Part shown: positions 21,247 to 32,235 of the stretch, piece after piece
Layout: every line of letters begins with the position of its first letter
Numbering within the stretch: position 1 is the first letter of the stretch
Assembly: GCA_918797485.1 (NCBI GenBank)
Contig: CAKKNE010000004.1
Coordinates: forward strand, 3,038,001-3,102,000
Length of the DNA: 64,000 nt
From: Pelagomonas calceolata
Lineage: Eukaryota
Direction of reading: 5' to 3'
Translations under genes and position numbers: made by a program
The notes under the pieces: model-generated
Seen by the model: only the letters and a program-made list of their open reading frames with translations
Databases searched by the model: none
Told to the model about the DNA's origin: nothing

Positions 21247-23082
21247 ATGGATCTCATCTTCCACGGCCCCTTGGGCATGGAGTTGTCATTAAATAAAAGT
21301 ACCGGCGTGGCGCGCGTCAAGGCCGCGGAACAAGACAGTCCGGCGCAGCTCGTCGTGGGCCGCGCGCTGACGGCGATCGAGGGCGTGCCCGTCGGCGAGA
21401 TCCGGGACAAGAAATCGTGGCTCGCCGTCGTGGCGATGCTCCAAGCGCCGGAGCGGCCGCTGTCGCTGACGTTCGAGGCGCCCGCGGTCTCGCCGGAGGA
21501 GCCGGTCCAGCCGGTGCAGCGCGCGCGGGCGGAGCTGGATGCGCTCGCGGCGTCCGCCAAGGCCGCGGCGGAGCAAGCCGAGGCCGAGGCCACGGCCGTT
21601 GCGAGCGCCCCGGCGCCGGCGCGCGGACGGCAGGCCGTAAACCGCGCCGGCGTGAGGTTCGGGCCGCGGAGCCGGAGCCCGAGCCCGGAGCTCACGTGCT
21701 CGCAGTGCGGTTCGCGTGGTTCGCGAGCTGATGGCTTCTTCAATGGTACACACGGTTACCGGGGCCTATTTTGCAGCGAAGACTGCAAGGCCAAGAGCCT
21801 GGGACGCTCGGACCTCGAGAGGGCCTCCACGCGGCGAGCGCCCGCGGCTTCGTCATCGCGGCGGCGGCGCTCGCGCTCGCGCTCGCCGCGGCGACGGCGC
21901 GAATCGTCGCCGCCGGGCCGCGTGGTCGCTGCGGAGAAGGCCGAGGCAACGGCCGCCGAGAGCGTGCCGGCGCCGACCCGCGGACGGCAGGCCTTCAAAC
22001 CCGGCGTGAGGTTCGGGCCGCGGAGCCGGAGCCCGAGCCCGGAGCTCACATGCGCGCAGTGCGGCCGCACGGGCACGCGAGTTGATGGGTTCAAAAGTAT
22101 GGGTACGAGAGCCGTTTGTAGCGAAGCCTGCAAGGCCGCCTGCAAGGCCGAGAGTGTGGCCCGCTCCAAGCCTTCAGGCCGTGGCCTGCGACCGCCTTCG
22201 CCGCCCGGCCTGGGAGAGCGACCGACGCGTCGGCACCTCGTCGCCGCGGCGGAGGCGGCACCTGCGCCGCAGCCACCGGTCGAGTCGGAGCCGGCGGGGG
22301 CGCCGCGTCCACCCAGTGACGCCGAGATCTACGACATGGTCTTAGCGCGTGAGAAGGCCAGAATTGTGAAAGACTATGCTGCGGCCGACCGCTTGCGGGC
22401 CGAGATGGCCACCGCAGGCTTAAGCGTCGTATACCGCGACGAGACGGGCCGCGAGGGCCGCGAAGCCAAAAAGTGCGGGGCCTTGACGTGGTCCACCGTC
22501 GACGGGCGTACAGGCCCGCCGGCGCTGAGCACGGCCGAGATCGAGTCCCGCCTTCGTGCGTGGCTTCACGCGCGTGACGTCGACCAGAACCCTAGTCGCG
22601 CCACGGACCTGCTCGCGGATTGTAAAGCTCGCGGCATCGGGACGAGCGCGAGCATTTGGTTCACCGCACAAGCGTCCGGCCCGTTGCCGTCCTTGGTGCG
22701 CGAGGCTTCCGTCGGCCGCGGCCCAAGCGACGAGTACATCAGAGAGCGCCTGTTCGCGCGGTTCCAAGCGATTCAGGTCCGGGACCTAAATCGAGCCGAC
22801 GGCATCTTAGACGAGCTTCAGCGGGCCGGCGTGCGTATTGAGTTCGTGGGCGAAGGTTACAGCAGGGTGGCGACGTGGCGGACGCCCGACGGTCGTTCTG
22901 GACCGAGGCCGCCCGACGACGGAACGATCTTCGACATGGTGCTGCAGCGGGAGAAGGCGCGCATCCACAGCGATTTTAGGACCGGAGACCGCATCGCCTG
23001 CGAGCTCAACGCGTCTGGCGTCTTCATCGAGAACCGCGACGCGGCGGGCCGGCAGGACCTTTCGGGCGGCGCCCACACCTAG
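21247..23082 (+). CDS. PDZ-like, RS-rich protein with two C4 zinc-finger-like motifs and CysRS-C-terminal-like repeats
   Basis: MDLIFHGPLGMELSL; CSQCG...FCSEDC; REKARIVKDYAAADRLRAEM...TW repeats. Confidence 0.7.
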   Translation: MDLIFHGPLGMELSLNKSTGVARVKAAEQDSPAQLVVGRALTAIEGVPVGEIRDKKSWLAVVAMLQAPERPLSLTFEAPAVSPEEPVQPVQRARAELDALAASAKAAAEQAEAEATAVASAPAPARGRQAVNRAGVRFGPRSRSPSPELTCSQCGSRGSRADGFFNGTHGYRGLFCSEDCKAKSLGRSDLERASTRRAPAASSSRRRRSRSRSPRRRRESSPPGRVVAAEKAEATAAESVPAPTRGRQAFKPGVRFGPRSRSPSPELTCAQCGRTGTRVDGFKSMGTRAVCSEACKAACKAESVARSKPSGRGLRPPSPPGLGERPTRRHLVAAAEAAPAPQPPVESEPAGAPRPPSDAEIYDMVLAREKARIVKDYAAADRLRAEMATAGLSVVYRDETGREGREAKKCGALTWSTVDGRTGPPALSTAEIESRLRAWLHARDVDQNPSRATDLLADCKARGIGTSASIWFTAQASGPLPSLVREASVGRGPSDEYIRERLFARFQAIQVRDLNRADGILDELQRAGVRIEFVGEGYSRVATWRTPDGRSGPRPPDDGTIFDMVLQREKARIHSDFRTGDRIACELNASGVFIENRDAAGRQDLSGGAHT

Positions 23083-23134
23083 CATTGTGTAAAGACATGA
23101 AGTTTGTCACGGTACTTACACAATCAACCCGCGG

Positions 23135-24875
23135 CTAGAAGCCGTCGGAGGACGAAGCCTCGGACGGCGCTGGCGCTGCGGCGACGAGATGGCGCCGCGT
23201 CGGCCGCTGTCCCAGGCCCGGCGGCGAAGGCGGTCGCGGCCGCTTCCCGGGCGCCGTGTCGTGGCGACTGCGGCGCGGCGAGCGCGAGCGCGACCGCTTT
23301 CGGTCCAACGACGGCATCGGACCAGACAGGCCGTTGGGACCGGCGGTGTACCAACCCTGGCCCGGTGCGACGCGGACACCGCGTGCAGCTAGATCGGCCC
23401 GCAGCTCATGGCTCAGGCGCATATTGTCCTCACGTGCCCGCACCCACTCGCGAAGTCTGGCGTCGATTTCTCGCTCGCTCATTTTGGGGGGACCGGTTCG
23501 TCCGTCGATAGTGAACCAGCGCAGCGCGCCGCGCCCTGCGCTCGGGACCGGAGGCGCGGCCGGCGTGTCGCCCTCCAAGGACGGCATAGGACCGCGCTGC
23601 CCATGTGCGGTGAACCACTGTCCGCCCGCACTGTTCCAATTTTCGCTTCTCCCGATGCCGCGTGCTGCACACTCCGCGAGCAGGTCCCGGGTGCGACTAT
23701 GGTTCTGGTCGACGTCGCGCGCCCTGATCCACGCACGCAGGCGTGATTCGATCTCGACCGTGCTGAGCGACGGCGGCCCGGTCCTACCGTCGTTGGTGTA
23801 CCACGTCACGGCCCCGCGGCTTTTGTCGGGGCGGCCCGTCGCGTCGCGGTATACGACGGTTAAGCCTGCGGCGGCCATCTCGGCTCGCATGCGGTCGGCC
23901 GTCGCGTAGTCTCTCGCAATTCTGGCCTTTTCGCGCCTGTGTGGCGTAGATTAAAATTCAAATACCGGGGACGGATTTGGGCACTGACTCTTGCGCTAAG
24001 ACCATGTCGAAGATCGCATCGTCATCGGGTGGCTCTCTGATGTAATCGCCGGTCGGACCGCGCGCCGCCGGCTCCGACTCGACCGGTGGCTGCGGCACGC
24101 GAGCCGACTCCGCCGCGGAGACGAGGTGCCGCCTCGTCGGCCGCTGTCCCAGGCCCGGTGGCGCCGTGTCGTGGCGATTGCGGCGCGGCGGCGACGTCTC
24201 GCGCCGTCGCCGCGGCGAGCGCGAACGCGAGCGCGAGCGCGAGCGCCGCGCTGACGAAGCCACGGGTACTCGCTCGCCGGGTCTACTATCGTCGGCGTGC
24301 AAAAATTGACACCGGTCGCCGTGCGGGCAAGGCCTCCCAGCGCTGTAATATCTGCACAACGCGCCCGTGTCTCGCGCGCAAGGCATCGGCCCCTCGCGAC
24401 TGGTGCCTGGTATCCACCACCTGGCTTTGTTGTGATTAACGCCAGCTAATGTCAGCTCTTTTTCAATCGCGTCGGCGGTGCGGTAGTCCTTGGCCATGCG
24501 CGCCCGCTCCCTCGCGAGGAACCGCTCCTCGATATGTTCCGTGCTCAGAGCGCACTCCGCGCGTTCCGCGACCGGCTGGAGCTCCGCCCGCGCGCGTTCC
24601 TCCGCGGCGACAGGATCCTCCTCCGGCGGCGGGGCCGCGGGCGCCTCGAACGAGAGCGACAGCGGCCGCTCCGGCGCTTGGAGCTTTGCGACGACTGCCA
24701 GCCACGATTTCTTGTCGCGGATCTCGCCGACGGGTACACCCTCGATCGCCGTCAGCGCGCGACCGACCACAAGAAGCGCCGGGCTGTCGTGCTCGGCGGC
24801 CTTGACCCGTGGGACGCCGGCGCTTCGATCCAAGGACAGCTCCATGCCCAAGGGGCCGTGGAAGATGAGATCCAT
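23135..24875 (-). CDS. Paralog: PDZ-like + CCCH zinc finger + CysRS-C-like repeats; GC-AG intron 23937-23994
   Basis: Same N-terminus as the 21247 gene; CRYYSAGRPCPHGDRCQFLH; splicing restores MVLA|REKARI as in the paralog. Confidence 0.7.
23937..23994 (-). mobile_element. Decayed introner-derived GC-AG intron
   Basis: GC donor 8 nt before CAGTGCCCAAATC; ends CCACACAG; absent from the paralog. Confidence 0.7.
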
Positions 24876-25091
24876 CGCAGCGTCGCAGCGGTAGCGGCCC
24901 TCGCAGCTCGGGGGAATGTACGAGAGAGCAGCTCTCCTGTGCCTTTTTTTTTCTAGCGTCCTGTCCGTCTACGCGCGGCTCAAAACCTCCACGGTTTTTC
25001 AGCACTGCAGTGCGGGTCCCTGAGGCCTTGCGTGCAAGCCTGACGAATTTTAGAGTGCGAGTACGGCTTGCAAGAGGACTTGAGGCTGCGT

Positions 25092-25113
25092 GCTAGTGAC
25101 TTACACCGCTAGC
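25092..25113 (-). promoter_or_regulatory. Conserved upstream element
   Basis: gctagtgacttacaccgctagc between divergent genes. Confidence 0.7.
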
Positions 25114-25286
25114 TAAGTTTGCATTAATTTTTGCCTGCGTTTTTCACGCATACGGCTGCCAATCCGCCTAAAATTTAGCACACGCTGCCCTGTCGCATCG
25201 CCGTCGACGTAGCGCCAGCGCTTTTGCAGCGAACGCGTCAGTGAAGGTACACAGAGCATTTGCCCATTTGCAGCACTGCCAGCAAA

Positions 25287-26952
25287 ATGACTACGCGACG
25301 CATTGCCGACCTCGCGGCAGCAACGCATGTGACCGTGAGCGCCAGAGATGAGAACAACGGCGAGGAAATAACTATACAGCTCCCCATCGTGCGCGGCTCG
25401 GCCGGCGCGCCGGCCGTCGACATCTCTAGCTTGCCGGCGGCGACGGGTCTGTACACGCTCGACCCGGGCTTCGTCGCCACGGGCAGCTGCCGGAGCGCGA
25501 TCACCTTTATTGATGGGCCGGCGGGCGTTCTCCTGCACCGCGGCTACGGCATCGACGATCTAGCTGCGCGGTCGAGCTATCTCGAGGTCGTCTACCTCTT
25601 ACTCAACAACCGGCTCCCGGCGTCGCAGCGGCGCCTCGACCTGTTTACCGAGGAAGTGATACGGCGCATGTCCGTCGACCGGCGTTTGGAATCATTCATG
25701 AGCGGATTTCCCGACGACGCGCACCCCATGGCCGTCATGGTCGGCACCGTCGGCGCGTTGAGTGCGTTCTACCACGACTGTCGCGGCGTCAAGGCGATGA
25801 ACGAGAGCGAGCGCGCGCTGGCCGCCGTGAGGGTGGTTGCTAAATTACCGACGATCGCGGCGATGGCCTATAGGCACTCCGTGGGCCTGCCGTACGTCGC
25901 GCCGCGGCGCGGCAAGTCCTTCGCGGCGAACTTGCTGAACATGTGCTTCGCGTCGCCGCTGGATGGGGGCGAGTTCGTGGCGCCCCCTGCTGCCTTCGAG
26001 AAAGCTTTGGACGTCTTCCTGCTGCTGCACGCGGACCACGAGCAAAATGCCTCAACCGCAACAGTGCGCATGGCGGCGTCTTCCGAGGCGAACCCCTTCG
26101 CCTGCGTGGCCGCGGGCATCGCGAGTCTGTGGGGCCCGATGCACGGCGGCGCGAACGAGGCCTGCATCCGCATGCTCCGCGAGATCGGGAGCAAGGAGCG
26201 GATTCCCGAGTTCCTGGCGCGGGCCAAGGACAAGAACGACCCGTTCAAGCTCATGGGCTTCGGGCACCGCGCGTCGCAGCGTCGATGGCGTCCGTCAAGC
26301 TCCACGCCATCGATGCGATGGCTTCACGAAAGTTCCGTTCACGCAGGCGTCTACAGAAACATCGACCCGCGCGCCAAGGAAATGAAGAAGCTTGCCTTGG
26401 ATTGCATCGCCGAGTTCGAGCGGCGCAACTGCCAGGACCGCGACGCGTATGTGACTGCGTCGGCGCCTGTGACAGCGATGGGGGCGAACGCCGCGGGCTC
26501 GCCCAAACAGCTGCGCGAGCTCTTTCACTTGGCCGTCGAGCTCGAGAGGGCGGCGCTCGCGGATGATTATTTCGTGTCGCGGAAGTTGTTTCCCAACGTG
26601 GGCCGCGGCGCGAATTCAAAACGTCTGCTCGATGGCGTGGCGGGGCGTGACAGTACACACGCGCACGCAGGTCGACTACTACTCGGGCCTCGCCCTGACA
26701 GCCATGGGCATTCCGCTCACGCTGTTCACGTGCCTCTTCGCGGTCGGCCGGTCGGCGGGCTGGGTAGCGCAGTGGCTCGAGGCCTTAGCAGAGCCGAAGC
26801 GCCGCATCTCGCGGCCGCGCCAGGTCTACGTGGGCGAGACGCGGCGGCCGTACCCCGACGTCCGCGCGCGCGAGCTCAACGGCCGCCCGAACCTCAAGCG
26901 GAGCTTCACGGACTCGACGCAGGACGAGCAGGACTTCGGCTATTTCTTCTAG
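25287..26952 (+). CDS. Citrate synthase (GltA/peroxisomal-type); introns 26269-26346 (GC-AG) and 26598-26670
   Basis: DPGF-TGSC-SAITFIDG, LHADHEQNAST, LWGPMHGGANE, LMGFGHR|VY, FPN|VDYYSG. Confidence 0.95.
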
Positions 26953-27030
26953 CCAGCTGCCTTCTGTATCCCTCCCCCATTTCTTTCGGCGCCCTATGGA
27001 GTCGCGCGCACGCGGTCTAAGTTATATTTA

Positions 27031-27052
27031 CCTAACGCAGCAAGACACTAGC
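27031..27052 (+). promoter_or_regulatory. Variant conserved upstream element
   Basis: cctaacgcagcaagacactagc upstream of ARP6. Confidence 0.5.
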
Positions 27053-27328
27053 AATGACAAAAAGCTCGAGTCGCGCAATCAGGCAGCGCGTGCTACCTGC
27101 CGCCGCGTTTGCAAAGCTATCGATTAAAACCGCTACGCAAACGCGACGCATTCGCCTGGAACTCGGCAACCGCACGAGCATCACTTGTGGCTGCCTCCGC
27201 CAATAGCCCACTCACTGCTCCGGCGGCGACAGGGCGACAGGGCAAGCGCTGCACGGTGTACGCGCGGTCTATACTCCCGCGGGCGCACGCGAACAGCTGG
27301 CTGAGGCACGAGCATAAAGCGGTCAAAA

Positions 27329-28654
27329 ATGGACCCGCCCGCCGTCGTCATCGATGCAGGCACCTACGAAGTGCGAGCGGGATTGGCAGGAGACGACGCG
27401 CCGCGGTACAGGGCCCCGAACTGCACCGCGCGGCCCAAGCAGCAGCTCCAGGTGCTTGTGGCGGACGAGATTTACACAATCAAGAACCACGCTCAATTAG
27501 AGTTTTCAAGACCCTTGGAGCGGGGCGTGCTGGTGCACGCGGGCGCCCAGCGAGACGTCTTCGAACGGTGCTTCTCGAAGGTGCAATGTACACCTCGAGA
27601 CTCCCGAATAGTGGTCACGGAGTGCGCCGTGAACCCTCCGTCCGCGAGAAAGGCCTGCGACGAGATTTTGTTCGAGGACTTTGGGTTTCTGGGGCGGATG
27701 CGTTTGCCATCAGCGGTCTGTGCCGCGGCCAAGTCCAAGGAAATTTTGGAAGACAGAGAAAGGCACCTCGCGACGCAGCACGGCGGCAAGCCTGCCGAGA
27801 AGCGTTTACCCTATAACCACGACTGCGTGCTCATCTGCGACATGGGCCACAGCGCGTCGACGGCCACACCAGTTTTGTCTGGCGGCGCGCACGACTACGC
27901 GGTGCGGCGATCCGACGTGGGAGGGCAATTAGTGACGGGCTACCTACGCGACTTGATTTCCTACCGCCAGATGGAGGTGTTTGACGAAACGGCCACCATC
28001 GACAAGCTCAAACGAGATTTATGTTACGTGGCCCAGGACTTCGATAGTGAACTAGCAAAGTGCGACGGCACGACGAAGGAGCACGGCACGGCGTCGGACG
28101 TCTACGCGGAGTTCGTGCTCCCGGACTATCATACCATAGACGCGGGCTACGCGCGCCTGGATACGCGGCATCCCGCATATAACCCTGAAGAAAGACGACG
28201 TAGGACGCGGCCCGATACATCTCCGCAATTTCTGAGGGTGGAGTCGGAACGGTTCTGCGGGCCGGAGTTGCATTTCTCCCCGCAGGACATCGGTCTAAAG
28301 CAGTGCGGCTTAACTGAACTCGTCGCGGATTCCATCCTCAAGTGTCCGCACGCGATGCGGCCAAATCTATCGGCCCAAGTCATGCTTGTGGGCGGCGGCG
28401 CGCGCTGTCCCGGGTTGCGGGAGCGGCTGCAGCGCGAGCTCCGGCCGTTGATGTTGGAACCGTACGACGTCGAGGTCGTCGCGCCGCGCGAGCCCGAGCT
28501 GACGGTCTTCCAGGGCGCGGCGATGCTCGCGCGGGACAACGAGGGTCAGTACCTGTCGAAGCTTGACTGGGAGGAGTACGGCGCGGACCGGTGCCTCGTT
28601 GGCTTTGGCCGGCCCGAGAACGGGTCCTCATACGACGCGATGGACGTCGGCTGA
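27329..28654 (+). CDS. ARP6: Actin-related protein 6
   Basis: Actin fold; RPLERG, DEILFEDFGF, LISYRQ, EFVLPDY, ERFCGPE-F-P-DIG-Q-G. Confidence 0.85.
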   Translation: MDPPAVVIDAGTYEVRAGLAGDDAPRYRAPNCTARPKQQLQVLVADEIYTIKNHAQLEFSRPLERGVLVHAGAQRDVFERCFSKVQCTPRDSRIVVTECAVNPPSARKACDEILFEDFGFLGRMRLPSAVCAAAKSKEILEDRERHLATQHGGKPAEKRLPYNHDCVLICDMGHSASTATPVLSGGAHDYAVRRSDVGGQLVTGYLRDLISYRQMEVFDETATIDKLKRDLCYVAQDFDSELAKCDGTTKEHGTASDVYAEFVLPDYHTIDAGYARLDTRHPAYNPEERRRRTRPDTSPQFLRVESERFCGPELHFSPQDIGLKQCGLTELVADSILKCPHAMRPNLSAQVMLVGGGARCPGLRERLQRELRPLMLEPYDVEVVAPREPELTVFQGAAMLARDNEGQYLSKLDWEEYGADRCLVGFGRPENGSSYDAMDVG

Positions 28655-28698
28655 GCTTTCTAACCTTATCTTAATGTTACACACGTGTACACACAAAC

Positions 28699-29859
28699 TC
28701 AATCCGGGAGGGACAGGTCGTAGCGCCGGCGCGTGGCGGCGTCGCCGAGCACGTCCCAGGCACTGTTGATACGCATCATTGCCGCGGTCGTGTCCGTGTC
28801 ATTCCTATCAGGATGATGCGCAAGCGCGAGCGCGCGGTAGCGCTTCCGGAGTTCACCCTCAGTTGCATACTGCGAAGCGCCGAGGACCTCATAGAGCGTT
28901 TTCGGCGATGATGGCATGGGACGCGGCGAGGGAGGAAGCGGCGGCGGCGGCCGTTTCGGCGGGTCGCGCCTTTTTGGGCCCTCGAAGGTGAAGCCGGTGG
29001 GCCGCCGCGGCGGTGGCGCTTCTGCGCGCTTGGGTGGCACGCGCTTCCCAGGATCAGGCACGCGTTTCGGGGGCGGTGAGGCCTCCCAGGGGTGCTTCGA
29101 CCGCGACGACGCCTTCTTCTCCGACGGCGGTGGAGACCGCGACGACGCCTTCTTCTTGCGCGGTCCGGCGAAGCCCCACGGCTTGCGGCCGTTGAACGGC
29201 GGCGGCGCGGGCGCGGGCGCGGGTTCAGGTGCTGGAGGTGTGGGTGGTGTGGGTGGCGTCGGCGGCGTGGCCGGCCGCGCACGGCGCTTCTTGCAGCCGG
29301 CCGCGTCGTGCATCAGGAGGTGCATCACGGAGGGAAACTTGCGCCCGCAGTTCGCGCACGTGCGAGGCGGGACGACGAAGCCGCCGGAGAACGTCTCAGA
29401 TTGAACCTTCGCCGCCGCGGACTGCGGCCGAGGCTTCACTGGTTCGTCAGGTGGTTCTGTCATGAACGCGCTCGTCGATTCAACAGTAGGGAATACTCGA
29501 GAAGTGGGCCGTCCGCGCCGCGGCGACGCGCGCTTCCGGGCCTCGCGCCGCCTCCGCGCCTCCTTCAATTGCTCCTTGCGCCACGTGGCTTGGCGCTGCT
29601 CGTGGCGCTTGGACGCCTGGCTCGCGAGGTACTCTCTTTGCTCATCAATTTGTTTGGCCACGTTGCGCATGACGAATTCGTGCTTCACCTGTTCCCGCGC
29701 GCGCTGGTTCCTTGCAATTATATCCTCCTGCTGTTTGAGGCGGGCCGACCGCGCCATCTCGCGCATCATGGCCTTCATGTTGCTCATCTCGCTCACGATG
29801 CGGCCCAGGTCTTTAAGCGCGGCGTGGCCGTCGAGGGGCGAGCCGAGGCTGCGGCCCAT
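28699..29859 (-). CDS. C-terminal DnaJ-domain protein with coiled coil and C2H2/C2HC-like finger
   Basis: LYEVLGAS...ALAHHPDRN...RRRYD; CANCGRKF...LLMH. Confidence 0.8.
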   Translation of the reverse strand: MGRSLGSPLDGHAALKDLGRIVSEMSNMKAMMREMARSARLKQQEDIIARNQRAREQVKHEFVMRNVAKQIDEQREYLASQASKRHEQRQATWRKEQLKEARRRREARKRASPRRGRPTSRVFPTVESTSAFMTEPPDEPVKPRPQSAAAKVQSETFSGGFVVPPRTCANCGRKFPSVMHLLMHDAAGCKKRRARPATPPTPPTPPTPPAPEPAPAPAPPPFNGRKPWGFAGPRKKKASSRSPPPSEKKASSRSKHPWEASPPPKRVPDPGKRVPPKRAEAPPPRRPTGFTFEGPKRRDPPKRPPPPLPPSPRPMPSSPKTLYEVLGASQYATEGELRKRYRALALAHHPDRNDTDTTAAMMRINSAWDVLGDAATRRRYDLSLPD

Positions 29860-30317
29860 CTTGGCGCTGCCCTGGCTGCCCTGCCGGCTGCCTTGATCTG
29901 GCTGTCCTGCAGCGTGTCGCTCACGCACGCTGCACCCTGCCCGTGTGTTGGCTGCCCCTACGCGCGGCGCGCAGTCGAATCGACGAACGAGGCTGCCCCA
30001 CGTCAATTCACGTGGCTTCGCGCACAGCGCCGGCAAAAACTGAGCGTCTTCGTTCGGGTTGCCTATTCTAGCGGACGTCCACGAGCCTCGTTTAGGCCTC
30101 CCACCACTCCTCGGGCGGCGGGATCCCCTCCCGCGCGTAACTGGCGCGACGGCGCCCCTCGAGCCATCTCTGCTGCAGCGCTCTCCCTCCTGTCGCCGCG
30201 CGGGAGGCTGCCGCGCCGCACCGGAACGCTGCCCGCGACGGTCCAGCCGACGCCTGTCGACGCGGAGCACACGCGCATTCTCCCCGCGCCCGCCGACAGA
30301 CCAGACCAGAGACCACC

Positions 30318-31835
30318 ATGGAGGAAGCCATTCAGTACGCCGACGACCTGAGGGCGAGCAACGCGGGCACGCAGGACTTGCTGGGCACGCACGACACGAT
30401 GATGCTGCGGACGGCCGAGACGGCGACGGGCAAGACCACGGGAGGCAAGAAGAAGAAGAGGACCAGTAAGCGCGAGTCCGTGAAAGCCAGGGCGCGGCAG
30501 ATTGTTGAAAGGACAGCTTTAATGCACGACGGCGCCAAGGACAACGCCCAGTTGAGTGCGTTTCAAGGTTCAGGACTGAAGGGCAAGGAGTTCGGCCGGC
30601 AGTGGAACAAGGCCTTCCCGTGCAGCAAGCTCACGACGGCCGAGGCCAAGGCGGTCCTACCTTACTTTGACGTCGATGGCTCCGGAGACATCGATGGGGC
30701 CGAGTTCCTCGTGAAGTTTTTTGATCTGTCGCAGAAGATGAAGCGAGAACAGAGGGGAGAACATCGCGTGCGGTCCGCGTATTTGGAGCAAAAAAGGTTA
30801 GAACAGGAAGGTGTAGAACAACGCAAGGAGGAAGCTCGCGTCGCGGCCGCATTGAAGATCGAGTTCACGAAGGAAGACAAGAAGGAAGCCTTGCGGAAAC
30901 TGAAGAAGGCCGCTTTGGAGTACAAGACTAGGTGGACGCCGCGATCCATGGGCGGCATGCAGGGTTTATCTGGTTTTGAAGGTACTAAAATATCTCCGGT
31001 AGTCTTGCGATCTTTACTACAAAGAACTTTCGACCTCAATTTATCTAGAAAGGAGCTCGGCGCATTGATACAAGCGATCCAAGGCCACGGGTCGCAAGTG
31101 GTAGATGGGAAGAACTTCGTTACGTTCTTCCATCGACTCGGTGCGAAAGCGCAAAAACAGCAGAAGCACCGCTTGGCCATCAGGAGGGAGTGGGATGCGC
31201 TCGTCGAGGAGGCCGCGGAGCAGAAACGAAGGGAGAACGAGGACTTTGACGTTGTGGACGGCGGATTCGGGGCCTACCACCCTCTGGACCTGGAATCGGC
31301 CTACGCGAAGTTGGGAGAAAGGGCGACGTGGCAAGTTCGAAGTCGACCGCTGACGCAGCAGTTCACGGAGGGCGGGCCCCTGAATCCTCGAGATTTTCGG
31401 AGAAGAGTGAGATCAGAGTTCGACGTCGATCTGACGGAGCGGGAGCTATCAGCCGTCGTGGCGTCACTCAACGAAGGCGGTGCTGACGCCGACGCCGAGT
31501 TGGTCGACGGCCAACGGTTTCTCAAGAGGATGAACATGCTGAATAGCACGGCGCGACGCTTGCCAAGGGTAGAGAAAACACCAGTGGCCGGCGACTGGAT
31601 CCGGAACGAGCGCTACAACGCGCGGCCGATCACCGCAGATAGATATACCAATCAAGATTTATTTTCGCCGAAGCGCCAGTTCGCGAAGTTCACGGCCTTC
31701 GACCCGTGCGGGGTGGATCGGCAAACTTTGATGCGCGTGACGGGGAGGACGCCGTCGCCCGTCAAGAAGAAGGCGCTGCGGCAGCGGCTCGGTGTTGACG
31801 TGTCCCGGCGGGACAATATGGAGTTCTTGCGGTAA
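30318..31835 (+). CDS. EF-hand repeat protein
   Basis: FDVDGSGDIDGAEF plus two degenerate repeats (LS-KELGAL...VDG-F). Confidence 0.75.
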   Translation: MEEAIQYADDLRASNAGTQDLLGTHDTMMLRTAETATGKTTGGKKKKRTSKRESVKARARQIVERTALMHDGAKDNAQLSAFQGSGLKGKEFGRQWNKAFPCSKLTTAEAKAVLPYFDVDGSGDIDGAEFLVKFFDLSQKMKREQRGEHRVRSAYLEQKRLEQEGVEQRKEEARVAAALKIEFTKEDKKEALRKLKKAALEYKTRWTPRSMGGMQGLSGFEGTKISPVVLRSLLQRTFDLNLSRKELGALIQAIQGHGSQVVDGKNFVTFFHRLGAKAQKQQKHRLAIRREWDALVEEAAEQKRRENEDFDVVDGGFGAYHPLDLESAYAKLGERATWQVRSRPLTQQFTEGGPLNPRDFRRRVRSEFDVDLTERELSAVVASLNEGGADADAELVDGQRFLKRMNMLNSTARRLPRVEKTPVAGDWIRNERYNARPITADRYTNQDLFSPKRQFAKFTAFDPCGVDRQTLMRVTGRTPSPVKKKALRQRLGVDVSRRDNMEFLR

Positions 31836-32035
31836 GTAGGCTTAGGTTATGTCTTCGTCGTTGGGGCGGCGTCTGTTCTAGGCGTCTGTGTGGCGACTTG
31901 TGTGGCGGTGCGGTCGCGCCCGCGTCGGCAGGCGGAAGACTGGTGATGGTAAATTTTTTTTACGGGGCTAAACCCTTGCATCGATCGATCGGACGGCGGA
32001 AGAGGCCTGTTGATGGATTATTACCTCCCCTGTTT

Positions 32036-32058
32036 GCTAGTGTCTTACATGCCGCTAG
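32036..32058 (-). promoter_or_regulatory. Conserved upstream element
   Basis: gctagtgtcttacatgccgctag. Confidence 0.7.
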
Positions 32059-32235
32059 ATCGTTCTATCACGAAAGCGCGCCACCGCGCGCGCACGCCTC
32101 TCTCACCGCTCGCAGGGCGTTTCAAGTGCTGCGGTACAGCCCTGCCGTGCCCATTCTCGCTGCCGTCGAAGCTCGCGCGCGTCCGCTGCGTTTATAGCAA
32201 GCCAGAGCCAAGCTAGCCCAAAAGCCAATAACGCG

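Noticed and set aside
23079..23100. ctagcattgtgtaaagacatga as another upstream element
   Set aside because: Lacks the ACTAG half, lies between convergent genes and is better explained as residual coding sequence
25287..25330. PTS2 signal on citrate synthase (RIADLAAATHV)
   Set aside because: Spacing is x7 rather than the x5 of R(L/I)x5H(L/A); localisation left open
29092..30351. Long antisense/alternative-frame ORFs (419 aa here, many others)
   Set aside because: Arg/Ala/Pro-rich shadow ORFs expected in high-GC DNA opposite real genes
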